Positions 1-9,321 of a DNA stretch of 61,739 nt are shown here, piece after piece (position 1 is the stretch's first letter; the number at the start of each line of letters is the position of its first letter). The position numbers and the translations under genes were made by a program. The stretch is taken from contig JAGYOL010000001.1 in assembly GCA_018399555.1 (NCBI GenBank), positions 1 through 61,739 of the forward strand, written 5' to 3'. A model generated the notes under the pieces. The model saw only the letters and a program-made list of their open reading frames with translations, searched no databases and was not told the origin of the DNA. Source of the stretch: Kiritimatiellia bacterium. GTDB lineage: Bacteria > Verrucomicrobiota > Kiritimatiellia > RFP12 > UBA1067.

Positions 1-92
1 GAAAAGTCAAATGCTTAAATACGGATGGAGCGAGCGTCTGTTTCAATCCATTCAACAATAATAATTTCAGCATTGTCAATATGCCGACGGGA

Positions 93-2918
93 TCAACGGT
101 ATTGCGCGGTGACGGTGATGTCCTGCTTGGGCATGGTGATAATGGTGTCGCGGGCATCCGCGTTGAAGAGTGCACCGGCAAAGGCGTCCGCCGGTTCAAC
201 CAGCCAGCACTCGAAAATCTGACCGGATTCGTCGACGGCGGAAATGGGTATTTGCGTCCGGTAGCGGTAGATTCCGCCAGTGTTGACTTTGCTGCCAATC
301 AGCGTGAGCGTGTGCGGAACACCTGCGGTTTTAATCAGACGGAGACCGGTGTGCGGTGAAATCGTATTGGTGGGTTGTCCGTTGCGGTAGCCGGCTTTCG
401 TGTAAGGATCGGCCACCAGATCAAATGAGCCGCCGCGAATGATGCGGCGGTAAAATGTGTCCGGCTCTTCAGCTCCGACCGGATCGGTCTGCACGTCGGA
501 GCCGAGCTTGATGCCAACAAGATACCAGTCAAGACAACACTCGAAAACATTGCCGTGAGTATCATAAAGACCCCAGGCGTTGGGCTCAAGTGATCCAACC
601 GTTGCGGGGGCGGTCATAGTTGGCTGTCCGTTGGTCGAAACAATTGCCACATCAAACAGCTCGCTGACGTCGACATTCCAGTTGCCGGAAGTGCCTGCAC
701 GGCAGGCATATTCCCACTGCGCTTCAGTGGGCAGGTCAAAACCGTCGCTCCCGGTTTTTATGCGCATCATCCCGATGAACGAGTCGGCATCGACATCACG
801 GTCGGCTGGCCAGTCGCGTCCGTTTATGTCGCCGCGAATATCATCGTAGGAGATGTTTTCAACGGGATGGGCGTCGCGCTCACTGCCGCTGTAACTCGAA
901 GGATAGGTATCCATCACATTATCCCACTGTCCCTGAGTCACCTCGAAAATGCCGATATAGAAAGCCTCGGTCAGTGTTACCCAGTGGATATCTTCGCTGA
1001 GATTATCACCGGTACCCATCTGGAAGGTTCCCGGCAGAATGCGGCGTAAAACCATTTTTGTGTCTTTATAGCTGTTATCCCAGCCGCCGGCAGGTGGCTG
1101 GTCCAGATAAGTAACAGTGTACAGAGTGCTGCTCTGGGTAAAATTCAATACCATATATTCACCTTTAACGGCTGGCAGCGGCTGATAGAGCGGATAGATG
1201 ACAGCATCCGCGCCGTTTACCGTGAAGGTCGTCGACTGCTGCAACGGATCGTTCAGCTGGGCCTCCGCACCGGACCACCGTTCAAACTGGTGCAATTCCG
1301 AGGGGGGCTGTAGAACGCTGACATTGACAACCGTTCCGTTCACGTAGCTGCCGCTGCCGTTGCCGTTGACCACGGTCAGATTGTACTCTCTGTCGGGGTA
1401 GGTTGCGGTAACAGTGATGTCTATGTCGGGCATGATCAGGGTTGTGTTCCAGGCCTCGCTGTCGGTAAAGGTGGCGGGGCCCTGCCAGAGAAAGCGCTGG
1501 TGCTGAGTGGGAGCGGGAGCTTGAATGGAGACAACTTCACCGGCGAAATGATAGCCGTCGCCGCTGCCACCGGTTACAGTAAGATGATAGGGAGCGTGAC
1601 GGTAAACGGCGGCCAGGGTTACATCGGAACCGGCAATCGTGAGAGTGGTTGTCATGGCATAGATGTCGGCGACACCGGCGACACTTCCCTCCCAGCGCCA
1701 GAAAACATTGGTCTCGGTGGCGGGGGCATCGGCATAGATTTCGATCACTTGGGCATTTGTAACGGAGGATGCGGAGGCTGTACCGTTGGTGACAGTGACG
1801 TTGAAGAGCAGTGGTTTGCAGGTGGCGCTCACGGTGATATCGGAGTCGGTTACGGTGACGGTGGTGGTCGGCGAATAGATATCCGCGACAGCAGCCACGG
1901 CACCGGTCCACTGGTCAAACTCAAACCATTGGGGCGCGGCATCGGCGATGATTTGCTGAATGTGGCCATTGGTATAGCTGCCGTCACCGCTGCCGTTGAT
2001 CACGGTCAGAGCATAGGTCGGAGGGGGCGGCGGGATGATCACGCAGATGCGGATTCCGGTCTCGGTGCCGCTTTCATCCATGCTATGGCGTGCCGCGCTG
2101 CGGCAGACCTCAGCCTCATTCCAGGCTGAACCGCCTTTAGCGACGCGAAAGCCGGTGCCGGTGGTATAAACCGGATTGGTCTGAACATTCGTTCCCAGCG
2201 CGGCATTGTAGGCGTCGCGGCAGTATTCGCGGACATTACCGTGCATATCGTAGAGCCCCCAGGGATTGGGCACTTTGGTTCCAACCTCACTCGGAAATTG
2301 AATCCCCGTACCACTGTTAGCCACATACCAGGCGTAACTGCCGAGCTGCGCGGCATCAGCACCGAAGCTGTAAGCCGTCTGGGTGCCGGCGCGGCAGGCA
2401 TACTCCCACTGCGCCTCGGTGGGCAGATCGACACTCCAGCCGGCATTCAGGATGGTTTTGGATTCCAGCGGATCAAGAAACTGCTGATTGAGTTGATCGA
2501 AGGATTGTCCGTAAACCGGCTGTTTGCCCGTGTCGCTTGTGCCGGAGACTCTGTCGTACTGCTCCTGGGTGATTTCAAACACCCCGATATAGAAATCGTC
2601 AGTCAGCGTGACCTGGTGCAAGTCCTCATCGGGATTCACGGAGGGCCGTCCAACCTCACTCTCGGGTGATCCCATCATGAATGTACCGGCACTGATTTTT
2701 TTAAGCAGCAGTTTATCGATTTTGTAATTATCGTGGGTCACGCCGTCGGGCAGCGAAGCGGTATTATAATAGGAGACCGGATAGCTCCCCGCAAGATAGC
2801 CATCGGAGATATCGATCACCATATATTCATCGGCGGCCGCGACATTGACAATCGGCGGGAGCAACGCTGCCGCAAACAACAGAGTTCTGTAAAAAAGAGG
2901 TGCTGCGCGTGTGATCAT
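93..2918 (-). CDS. Secreted protein with two FGE/SUMF1-type (sulfatase-modifying-factor fold) domains and five divergent InlB-B-repeat-like modules
   Basis: ORF 93..3161(-). The internal ATG at 2918 gives a signal peptide (MITRAAPLFYRTLLFAAALLPPIVNVAAA). Two FGE-type motif sets are present: HQVTLTDDFYIG...LPTEAQWEYACRAG...WGLYDMHGNVREY and HWVTLTEAFYIG...LPTEAQWEYACRAG...WGLYDTHGNVFE. A PPPPP linker is followed by ~70-aa repeats of the form Y.LTV.NG.G.G.Y...W.G...T.T.T..D..V.A.Y. Confidence 0.8.
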   Translation of the reverse strand: MITRAAPLFYRTLLFAAALLPPIVNVAAADEYMVIDISDGYLAGSYPVSYYNTASLPDGVTHDNYKIDKLLLKKISAGTFMMGSPESEVGRPSVNPDEDLHQVTLTDDFYIGVFEITQEQYDRVSGTSDTGKQPVYGQSFDQLNQQFLDPLESKTILNAGWSVDLPTEAQWEYACRAGTQTAYSFGADAAQLGSYAWYVANSGTGIQFPSEVGTKVPNPWGLYDMHGNVREYCRDAYNAALGTNVQTNPVYTTGTGFRVAKGGSAWNEAEVCRSAARHSMDESGTETGIRICVIIPPPPPTYALTVINGSGDGSYTNGHIQQIIADAAPQWFEFDQWTGAVAAVADIYSPTTTVTVTDSDITVSATCKPLLFNVTVTNGTASASSVTNAQVIEIYADAPATETNVFWRWEGSVAGVADIYAMTTTLTIAGSDVTLAAVYRHAPYHLTVTGGSGDGYHFAGEVVSIQAPAPTQHQRFLWQGPATFTDSEAWNTTLIMPDIDITVTATYPDREYNLTVVNGNGSGSYVNGTVVNVSVLQPPSELHQFERWSGAEAQLNDPLQQSTTFTVNGADAVIYPLYQPLPAVKGEYMVLNFTQSSTLYTVTYLDQPPAGGWDNSYKDTKMVLRRILPGTFQMGTGDNLSEDIHWVTLTEAFYIGIFEVTQGQWDNVMDTYPSSYSGSERDAHPVENISYDDIRGDINGRDWPADRDVDADSFIGMMRIKTGSDGFDLPTEAQWEYACRAGTSGNWNVDVSELFDVAIVSTNGQPTMTAPATVGSLEPNAWGLYDTHGNVFECCLDWYLVGIKLGSDVQTDPVGAEEPDTFYRRIIRGGSFDLVADPYTKAGYRNGQPTNTISPHTGLRLIKTAGVPHTLTLIGSKVNTGGIYRYRTQIPISAVDESGQIFECWLVEPADAFAGALFNADARDTIITMPKQDITVTAQYR

Positions 2919-3130
2919 GGTGTTCCTGTGTTTTAGTGTTTGCACGGTGAACCGCTGGTTCGGGCGGAAATGACAACGCCCTACTGCGACATTATGATAT
3001 GTCGCGGGCATGTCGGAGTCAACTCGAAAAAGGCTGGTGAGTTCCATAAAGTGAGTGTCAGCCAGAGGCCACCGGCTGACACTCGGTACGGGTGACGCTG
3101 TCTCACACCGATTTGCAGAAGCTCCCCTTT

Positions 3131-4021
3131 TCAGCCTCTGGTGAAGACTCCACTGCGCCACTCATCAATGAGTACGCTGCGCATTTCCGCAAAACCGGTC
3201 TTTTGAAACTCTGTGCGCACTTCGTCATATTGTGAGTCGAGAATCCCCGAAAGGATAAGACGCGCATCGGGATGCTGTTCGACCGAGTCCGCGATTGACC
3301 CGGCATATTCGATCAGCACCGGAGCCAGGATATTGGCGGTCACGGTGCGTGCCGGAGGATGAGGCCTCTGCAGGTCGGCATGGTAGAAGTTCAGATTCAG
3401 AGCGTTCAGCCGGGCATTTTCGTCAGCGATCCGCACACTGTCGGGATCGATATCGAAGCCGCGCACCTCCGTGCAACCCAGCAGCGCGGCGCCGATCGAG
3501 AGTATTCCTGAGCCGCAGCCCATATCAAGAAAGGAAGAGAGCGGCTGCCGGGCGGCAAGCTCATCCAGCAGCAGCAGACAGGCCCTGGTTGTAGCGTGTT
3601 TGCCGGTGCCGAAGCTCATACCGGGATCTATAGTGATCACACAATCATGGGGTGCGGGGGTAAAACTCTCCCAAAGCGGACGAATCACGATCCGCGGCGA
3701 AATCCTCTCCACTCGAAAAAACCGTTTCCAGCTTTCGGTCCAATCGCTTCTTTTCAGCTGTGAACGGTTGAAGCGGGGCTGAAATCCGATCAACGCACAG
3801 GCATTTGCCAGGGCCTCACGGATCTCTTGCTCGCACTCCGTGTGCTCGAAAAAAACCTCGACACGACAAAGGTCGCTCTCGACATCGTGGAAGCAGGTCG
3901 GCGTAAACGAATCACAGTCGATCAGCTCCAGGAGAGTGTCAACCAGAGTTTTGTTGATTTCAAAAGATAGAACGTGGATCATAGGTGGCGGCTGATACTC
4001 TAGGCCGTTAGTGTGCAGCAC
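3131..4021 (-). CDS. prmA: Ribosomal protein L11 methyltransferase
   Basis: DPGMSFGTGKHATTRACLLLLD and SAM-binding LDMGCGSGILSIGAALLG. An alternative start is the ATG at 3982 (MIHVLSFEI...). Confidence 0.85.
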   Translation of the reverse strand: MLHTNGLEYQPPPMIHVLSFEINKTLVDTLLELIDCDSFTPTCFHDVESDLCRVEVFFEHTECEQEIREALANACALIGFQPRFNRSQLKRSDWTESWKRFFRVERISPRIVIRPLWESFTPAPHDCVITIDPGMSFGTGKHATTRACLLLLDELAARQPLSSFLDMGCGSGILSIGAALLGCTEVRGFDIDPDSVRIADENARLNALNLNFYHADLQRPHPPARTVTANILAPVLIEYAGSIADSVEQHPDARLILSGILDSQYDEVRTEFQKTGFAEMRSVLIDEWRSGVFTRG

Positions 4022-4035
4022 GAACTGAGCAGCAG

Positions 4036-5613
4036 TTAAACCACTGTGCAGACTGCGGCGTGGGCATTGATCTCGGTTTTGATCGTCTGCAGCAGATCCT
4101 CGGATGCGCGGTCGGATATGCGGAAGATCGCCAGTGAGCGTTCACTCCGTTTGTTGTGAGGGTTGCGCATATCTTCGATATTGATATCGGCGTCGGCCAG
4201 TTTGCGGGCGATTGAAGCGATTACCCCCGGCCGGTCGTCATACAGGCAGAAGAGAGTGGCGCCGACAGGCTCAAAGTAGAGGCGGTCGAATTCATCGATT
4301 CTCGAGACGGTCTGAACCCCCTCGGTGACGGTGCCGCGTATGCTGTACTCCTTGAGTTCGGAATTGGGGCGCTCCACAATCAGATCAATAGTCATCGAGT
4401 CACCGTAGCCTTTGTCATCGTCGGTTTCACGGTTGACCAGCTCGATGCCCATCTCCTTCATGAAATTAAGGGCCGCTTTATAATCGTTATAGCGATCGAA
4501 ATCGTTCCAGATGCCGGAAAGCACCGAGACCGTGAGCCACTTGTCGTACTTGGCCAGGGTTCCGTAAAAGCTGGTTTCCAGCCGTTTAACCGGCACATTG
4601 GCCCCGGATATCTGGCGCACCAAGCTTGAGATGTTATAGGCCAGTTCACAGTAGGCGCGTTCGAGACCCTCGGGAATATCGCGATTGACCACGCAGCTCA
4701 TATCGCTTTTTTCATCGAGATCAATCAGCTCGCGTGCCGCCCGCTGGGCCGCATTGAAGTTAGCCTCGTAGGTACTAGCACCGAGATGCGGCATCATGAT
4801 ATCGGCGATATCGGTCATACTTTTAGGGCCGGCCGCGTCTTTGGGATAAACGTCATTCAGATAGCGCAGTTTTTTAGCGGCTTTGACTGCGCGCAGGGCA
4901 TCTTCGTCGACCACTCCGTAACGGGCGCAGTTGACGATAGTGGCACCCTCTTTCATCATTCCGATAAAATTCGGGCCGACGATACCGCGGTTGTTTTCCC
5001 CTCCCGGTATATGCAGTGTCACATAATCCGACTCTTTGAAAATTTCATCCATTGTGACGGGCTCAATCCCGAACTCGCGCACCTTTTCAGAGTTTACCAG
5101 CGGATCATAGCCCAGAATGCGGCACTCAAAGCCCTTGAGTCTGCGTGCAACCAGCCGTCCGATATTGCCCAGCCCGACAATACCGACCGTTTTACCGGTC
5201 AGTTCCCGGCCCATAAAACTCTTTTTTTCCCAGCGTCCGGCGCGGGTTGACTCATCGGCTTTGATCACATGGCGGGCATCGGCCAGAATCATAGTGATCA
5301 CCTCTTCGGCCACGCCGTTGGCGTTGGCGCCGGGGGTGTTCATCACATCCACCCCCTTTTTACGGGCGTGTTTGATATCGATATTGTCATAACCGGCACC
5401 GGCTCGCACAATCACCCGCAGTGCCGGCAGCAGATCGATTATTTCGGCGGTCACCTTCTCGCTGCGCACAATCAGACCGTAGGCATCGGCATTGGCCCGT
5501 GCCAGCTCCGCGAGCGGCGTTTCGGCATCCTGCACCACACTGTAGCCAGCTTGGGCATCCAGGGTTTCACGTGCAACATCGTTCAGTTTTGTGGGGATCA
5601 CAATTTTTTTCAT
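4036..5613 (-). CDS. serA: D-3-phosphoglycerate dehydrogenase with C-terminal ACT-like regulatory domain
   Basis: 2-hydroxyacid dehydrogenase NAD motif VGIVGLGNIGRLVARRL, ~525 aa long form. Start taken at ATG 5613 (MKKIVIPTKL); the ORF extends to 5631. Confidence 0.9.
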   Translation of the reverse strand: MKKIVIPTKLNDVARETLDAQAGYSVVQDAETPLAELARANADAYGLIVRSEKVTAEIIDLLPALRVIVRAGAGYDNIDIKHARKKGVDVMNTPGANANGVAEEVITMILADARHVIKADESTRAGRWEKKSFMGRELTGKTVGIVGLGNIGRLVARRLKGFECRILGYDPLVNSEKVREFGIEPVTMDEIFKESDYVTLHIPGGENNRGIVGPNFIGMMKEGATIVNCARYGVVDEDALRAVKAAKKLRYLNDVYPKDAAGPKSMTDIADIMMPHLGASTYEANFNAAQRAARELIDLDEKSDMSCVVNRDIPEGLERAYCELAYNISSLVRQISGANVPVKRLETSFYGTLAKYDKWLTVSVLSGIWNDFDRYNDYKAALNFMKEMGIELVNRETDDDKGYGDSMTIDLIVERPNSELKEYSIRGTVTEGVQTVSRIDEFDRLYFEPVGATLFCLYDDRPGVIASIARKLADADINIEDMRNPHNKRSERSLAIFRISDRASEDLLQTIKTEINAHAAVCTVV

Positions 5614-5780
5614 GCTTCTATCATGCCTCAATCTTTGGTAACCTTTGAAATTGTAGCGTTGGGATTTTGTTATTTAACGCTCTTTCGTTGTCAAACTGTA
5701 TGTTGTATACTTTAATGATGTTGGCCGCAGTAATCAAGCCAACTGTTGAGAAAAACCCTGAAATCGGAAACGCACTTAAA

Positions 5781-6806
5781 ATGATCAAGAAACTGAATAG
5801 TGTTGTTATACTAACAGCAATCTCGCTAGCTACCGTCGTAAGTCACGCTCAATACTATGGAGCACATGACAACCGCGGCTACGCCAGCGACACCTTTGAG
5901 GGCTTTGAAGAGGTTGACAAAGGCAGAATGCCGCAGAAAAATAGTTCCTGGTGGTATTGGCTCTCAGCTGATACCGCTGCGGCACAGCTTGAATACTGCA
6001 GACAGCGCGAGAAGGAGGGCAAGCTTAATTCGGCACGCAAGGGTTATGAAGCTCTGGTACGGGAATGGCCCACAACCGTCGAAGCCGCGCAGGCGCAACT
6101 GAACCTCGCGCATGTGCTGGAAAAGATGAAGCGTTATGCGAAAGCCTTCGACGAATATCAGTATGCTCTGATTCACTACTCTGGACACTGCCCCTACGAC
6201 GAGATTATCGAAAGGCAGTACAGAATAGCCAATCTGCTGCTGCATGAAAACAAAAGCATGTTCGGCTGGATGTTGAGTGGTACCGACGAAATCCGCGAAC
6301 GTTTTGAGCTGATTGTGCGTAATGCGCCTCGTTCATCGATCGCGCCTGAAGCGATGCTCAAGATCGGGCGAATCCGTGATGATGCCGACAAACTGGAGGA
6401 GGCCATCAAGGTTTACGACGGCATTCTCAACCGTTATCCCGCCTCTCCGCAGGCGGAGACAGCCGCCTGGCTCTCTGCACGCTGCCGGCATACTCTGGCG
6501 GTAAAATACAAATACAACGAAAACCTCTGCCGCGAATCGATCGCTTTCCTGCAGGCGGCACTCAAACGCCTGCCCGGACATCCCAAAAGAGTTGATCTGG
6601 AACGCTGGCTGGCTGAACTGACTGATCTGCAGGTGGAACAGAACTATGCCAAGGCGGTTTTTTATGACACCAGACGTTACAAATCGGAGATTAAAATAAA
6701 CGCTTACCGTCGTTTTCTCGCTGACTTTGCCGATTCCAAATACGCGCCGGCGGTACGTGAGCGCATCAGGCAGCTGGAATCCGGCGAGCCTGCTCAGAAG
6801 GAGTAG
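5781..6806 (+). CDS. Secreted TPR-repeat protein, BamD/YfiO-like (tentative)
   Basis: ATG 5781 gives a signal peptide (MIKKLNSVVILTAISLATVVSHA). TPR-like helical repeats run throughout. It lies directly upstream of the lptE-like gene. There is no lipobox Cys, so the BamD assignment is tentative. Confidence 0.55.
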   Translation: MIKKLNSVVILTAISLATVVSHAQYYGAHDNRGYASDTFEGFEEVDKGRMPQKNSSWWYWLSADTAAAQLEYCRQREKEGKLNSARKGYEALVREWPTTVEAAQAQLNLAHVLEKMKRYAKAFDEYQYALIHYSGHCPYDEIIERQYRIANLLLHENKSMFGWMLSGTDEIRERFELIVRNAPRSSIAPEAMLKIGRIRDDADKLEEAIKVYDGILNRYPASPQAETAAWLSARCRHTLAVKYKYNENLCRESIAFLQAALKRLPGHPKRVDLERWLAELTDLQVEQNYAKAVFYDTRRYKSEIKINAYRRFLADFADSKYAPAVRERIRQLESGEPAQKE

Positions 6807-6866
6807 GTTGACTGGTTTGCGCGTTTTAACATGAATTAAAGAACAGCAGGAAAGGTCATCAAGAGC

Positions 6867-7379
6867 ATGAAAAGAGTCATATTGAGCAGTGCGGCTCTCA
6901 CCGCCGCGCTTTTTATCGCGGGCGGTTGCGCTTCCTACAGCTTCAAATCCAATGTCCCGCCGGAAGCCCGGTCAATCGCTGTACCGGTTTTTGAGAACCA
7001 GAGCGATTTCCCAGAACTTGATGCGGTGGTCACGCAGTACACACTGCGGGAATTTCAACGCGAGGGCACCTTCAGAATCAAACCGCCTGAACGTGCCGCC
7101 TACAAACTTTACGGAGTACTCTCCCGCAGCAAATCGAATGCGCTCAACTACGACCGCAACTTCGGGTCGCGTGCCTCCGAGTATGAGTACACGGCGGTGG
7201 CCAGAATCACCCTGGTGGAGAGTTCAACCGGCAAACTGCTGATGGACGATGTGAAGGTGCAGGCCAAGACCACCTTCATGACCCAGGGTGACATGCTGAC
7301 CAGCATGCAGGACGCCAGTCCGCGCCTGGCCAGAGAGCTTTCCAGAGCGATTGTCGACACTGTATTGGCACAATGGTGA
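6867..7379 (+). CDS. lptE: LPS-assembly lipoprotein LptE-like
   Basis: Lipobox LFIAGGC, 170 aa, with IAVPVFENQSDFPELDAVVTQYTLREF typical of the LptE family. An AGGAAAGG Shine-Dalgarno lies upstream. Confidence 0.6.
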   Translation: MKRVILSSAALTAALFIAGGCASYSFKSNVPPEARSIAVPVFENQSDFPELDAVVTQYTLREFQREGTFRIKPPERAAYKLYGVLSRSKSNALNYDRNFGSRASEYEYTAVARITLVESSTGKLLMDDVKVQAKTTFMTQGDMLTSMQDASPRLARELSRAIVDTVLAQW

Positions 7380-7469
7380 AGGCGTCAGAGTGTCAGACAT
7401 ACAAATTTCCAGGTCGTCGCTCTGCCATCGGACAGGCTCACGGCAGGCGGACGGCAGAATGCAGCACAG

Positions 7470-8609
7470 GTGACCATGGTTGAAACCCGCGAAACAGAGC
7501 TTGGGATTCTGGCCCAGCTGGTGACCACCGGGATGGATACACATGAGGCCTCTGACTCTCTGCTTGAACTGAGCCGCCTGACCGACACCGCCGGCATCAG
7601 GATATGTGACCGCATAACGCAGAACCGTCATAAACCTGACGGTGCCACACTTTTCGGCCGCGGTAAGGTGCAGGATCTGAAAAATCTGGTGCATGCATTC
7701 GATGCGAACATCGTGATATTTGACAATGAACTCAACGCCTTTCAGCAATACAATCTGGCCAAGGAGCTGGGTATCCGGGTGATGGATCGCACCGAGGTTA
7801 TTCTGCAGATATTCGCGCGCCGGGCACGTTCCTCCGAGGCACAGGTGCAAGTGGAGCTGGCACAACTGCAATTTCTGCTCTCACGAATACCGGTCACGGC
7901 AACGCAGCAACGCTTCAAGGGCGGTATCGGCATGAAAGGTCCGGGCGAAAGCCATCTGCAGCTGCGCAACGCGCCGATGCGCCGACGCGTGGCGGAGTTG
8001 AAAAAGCGGCTGGGCGCAATTCACCGACGCAACAAAGTTGCCAGTGTGAACAGTCGGCGCAAATGGCCGGTTGTTTCAATGGTTGGCTACACCAACGCCG
8101 GCAAATCCACTCTGCTCAACGCTCTCGCACCGCGGTCGGATGCCTATGTGGACGACCGCCTTTTCGCCACACTTGACACCAAAACCCGGTTGATCTGGCT
8201 CAAGCCAAACCGTCGCGTGTTGCTGACCGACACCGTTGGCTTCATCCGGCACCTGCCTCACGCCTTGATCGCTTCTTTCAAATCCACTTTGGATATCGCC
8301 GTGCAGGCCGATTTGTTGCTGGTAGTTGTGGACGCATCCTACCCGCATGTGCAGGATCACCTCAAGGTATGCTATGAGACCCTGGCGGAGATCGGAGCAC
8401 AGGATGTACCCTCGCTGCTGGTATTGAACAAGTGCGACAAAGGCAGTTCGGACACCTCGGTGCTGCATGTGACCGAACGCTATCCGAGTGCGGTTCCGGT
8501 CTCCGCCCACACCGGTTACGGTCTTGATTTACTCAAACAAAACATAGTAGAGGAGCTTCAGAAATGCTGCATGTTGTGGCAACTCCCATCGGGAACCTCG
8601 CGGATTTGA
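7470..8609 (+). CDS. hflX: GTPase HflX
   Basis: HflX N-domain (LFGRGKVQDLK, FDNELNAFQQYNL, VELAQLQFLLSR) plus G-domain (GYTNAGKSTLLNAL, DTVGF, NKCD). Confidence 0.85.
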   Translation: MTMVETRETELGILAQLVTTGMDTHEASDSLLELSRLTDTAGIRICDRITQNRHKPDGATLFGRGKVQDLKNLVHAFDANIVIFDNELNAFQQYNLAKELGIRVMDRTEVILQIFARRARSSEAQVQVELAQLQFLLSRIPVTATQQRFKGGIGMKGPGESHLQLRNAPMRRRVAELKKRLGAIHRRNKVASVNSRRKWPVVSMVGYTNAGKSTLLNALAPRSDAYVDDRLFATLDTKTRLIWLKPNRRVLLTDTVGFIRHLPHALIASFKSTLDIAVQADLLLVVVDASYPHVQDHLKVCYETLAEIGAQDVPSLLVLNKCDKGSSDTSVLHVTERYPSAVPVSAHTGYGLDLLKQNIVEELQKCCMLWQLPSGTSRI

Positions 8610-9259
8610 GTCCCAGGGCGGTTGAAACCCTCAAAGCTGCTGATCTGATCGCCTGTGAAGACACACGGCGCACCTGGCAGCTGCTCAGTGCCTTCAATAT
8701 TCCCAGGCCTGAGATGATATCATACCGTGAGGGCAACGAAGAACGGGCCGGACGACGTGTGATTCAGGCGGTTCAGGCGGGCAACTCGGTCGCGCTCTGT
8801 TCGGACGGAGGTTATCCGGGTATCAGCGATCCCGGTTACCGTCTGATCCGGGCGGCGGTAGCGGCGGAGATACCCTTTGACGTGATACCCGGAGCATCGG
8901 CGGTCGATCTGGCTCTGCTGCGATCCGGACTGCCCACCTCGAGTTTCACCTTCAAAGGTTTCCCGCCGCGTAAACCGGGTGCGCTCCGGCGTTTCTTCAA
9001 AGAAGAGGCTTCACTCGCGCATACGCTGATCTGCTTTGAATCGCCCTTCCGCATCGGCAAGACCCTGCAGGCTGCCTTTGAGGTGCTGGGCGACCGCGAG
9101 TGCGCAGTCTGCCTGGAGCTGACCAAACTACATGAGCGTGTTGAACGCGGCTACCTCTCCGGCCTGAGTGCACACTTTTCCGATCGGAAGGTCCGGGGTG
9201 AAGTGACCATTGTGATCGCCGGCAGCAACCCTAAGTTTCATGCAGCCTGGAAAATCTGA
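8564..9259 (+). CDS. rsmI: 16S rRNA (cytidine1402-2'-O)-methyltransferase
   Basis: N-terminus LHVVATPIGNLADLSPRAVETLKAADLIACEDTRRT is the RsmI signature. It overlaps the hflX 3' end by 46 nt. Confidence 0.9.
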   Translation: MLHVVATPIGNLADLSPRAVETLKAADLIACEDTRRTWQLLSAFNIPRPEMISYREGNEERAGRRVIQAVQAGNSVALCSDGGYPGISDPGYRLIRAAVAAEIPFDVIPGASAVDLALLRSGLPTSSFTFKGFPPRKPGALRRFFKEEASLAHTLICFESPFRIGKTLQAAFEVLGDRECAVCLELTKLHERVERGYLSGLSAHFSDRKVRGEVTIVIAGSNPKFHAAWKI

Positions 9260-9281
9260 ACTCTCTTTTGAAACAAAGCTG

Positions 9282-9320
9282 AAAAAAGGGAGTTTGTCAG
9301 ACTTTTAAGTCCGACAGACT
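9282..9320 (-). terminator. Rho-independent terminator downstream of the antiporter gene
   Basis: 12-bp stem 9291-9302 / 9309-9320 (one mismatch, one G.U) with loop TTTTAA. On the minus strand it is followed by CCC and a run of six U (plus-strand A run 9282-9287). Confidence 0.55.
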
Positions 9321-9321
9321 G

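Noticed and set aside
93-2918. FGE-fold protein as the target of a diversity-generating retroelement
   Set aside because: No reverse transcriptase, template repeat or Asn/AAC-rich variable region is visible in the window. The two FGE domains are diverged paralogues, not a TR/VR pair with adenine-specific differences.
8564-8609. 46-nt overlap of hflX and rsmI as a possible frameshift or fusion
   Set aside because: Both products look complete, with the HflX G-domain finished and the RsmI signature starting at its own ATG. The alternative is that the true hflX end is as given and the overlap is simple translational coupling.
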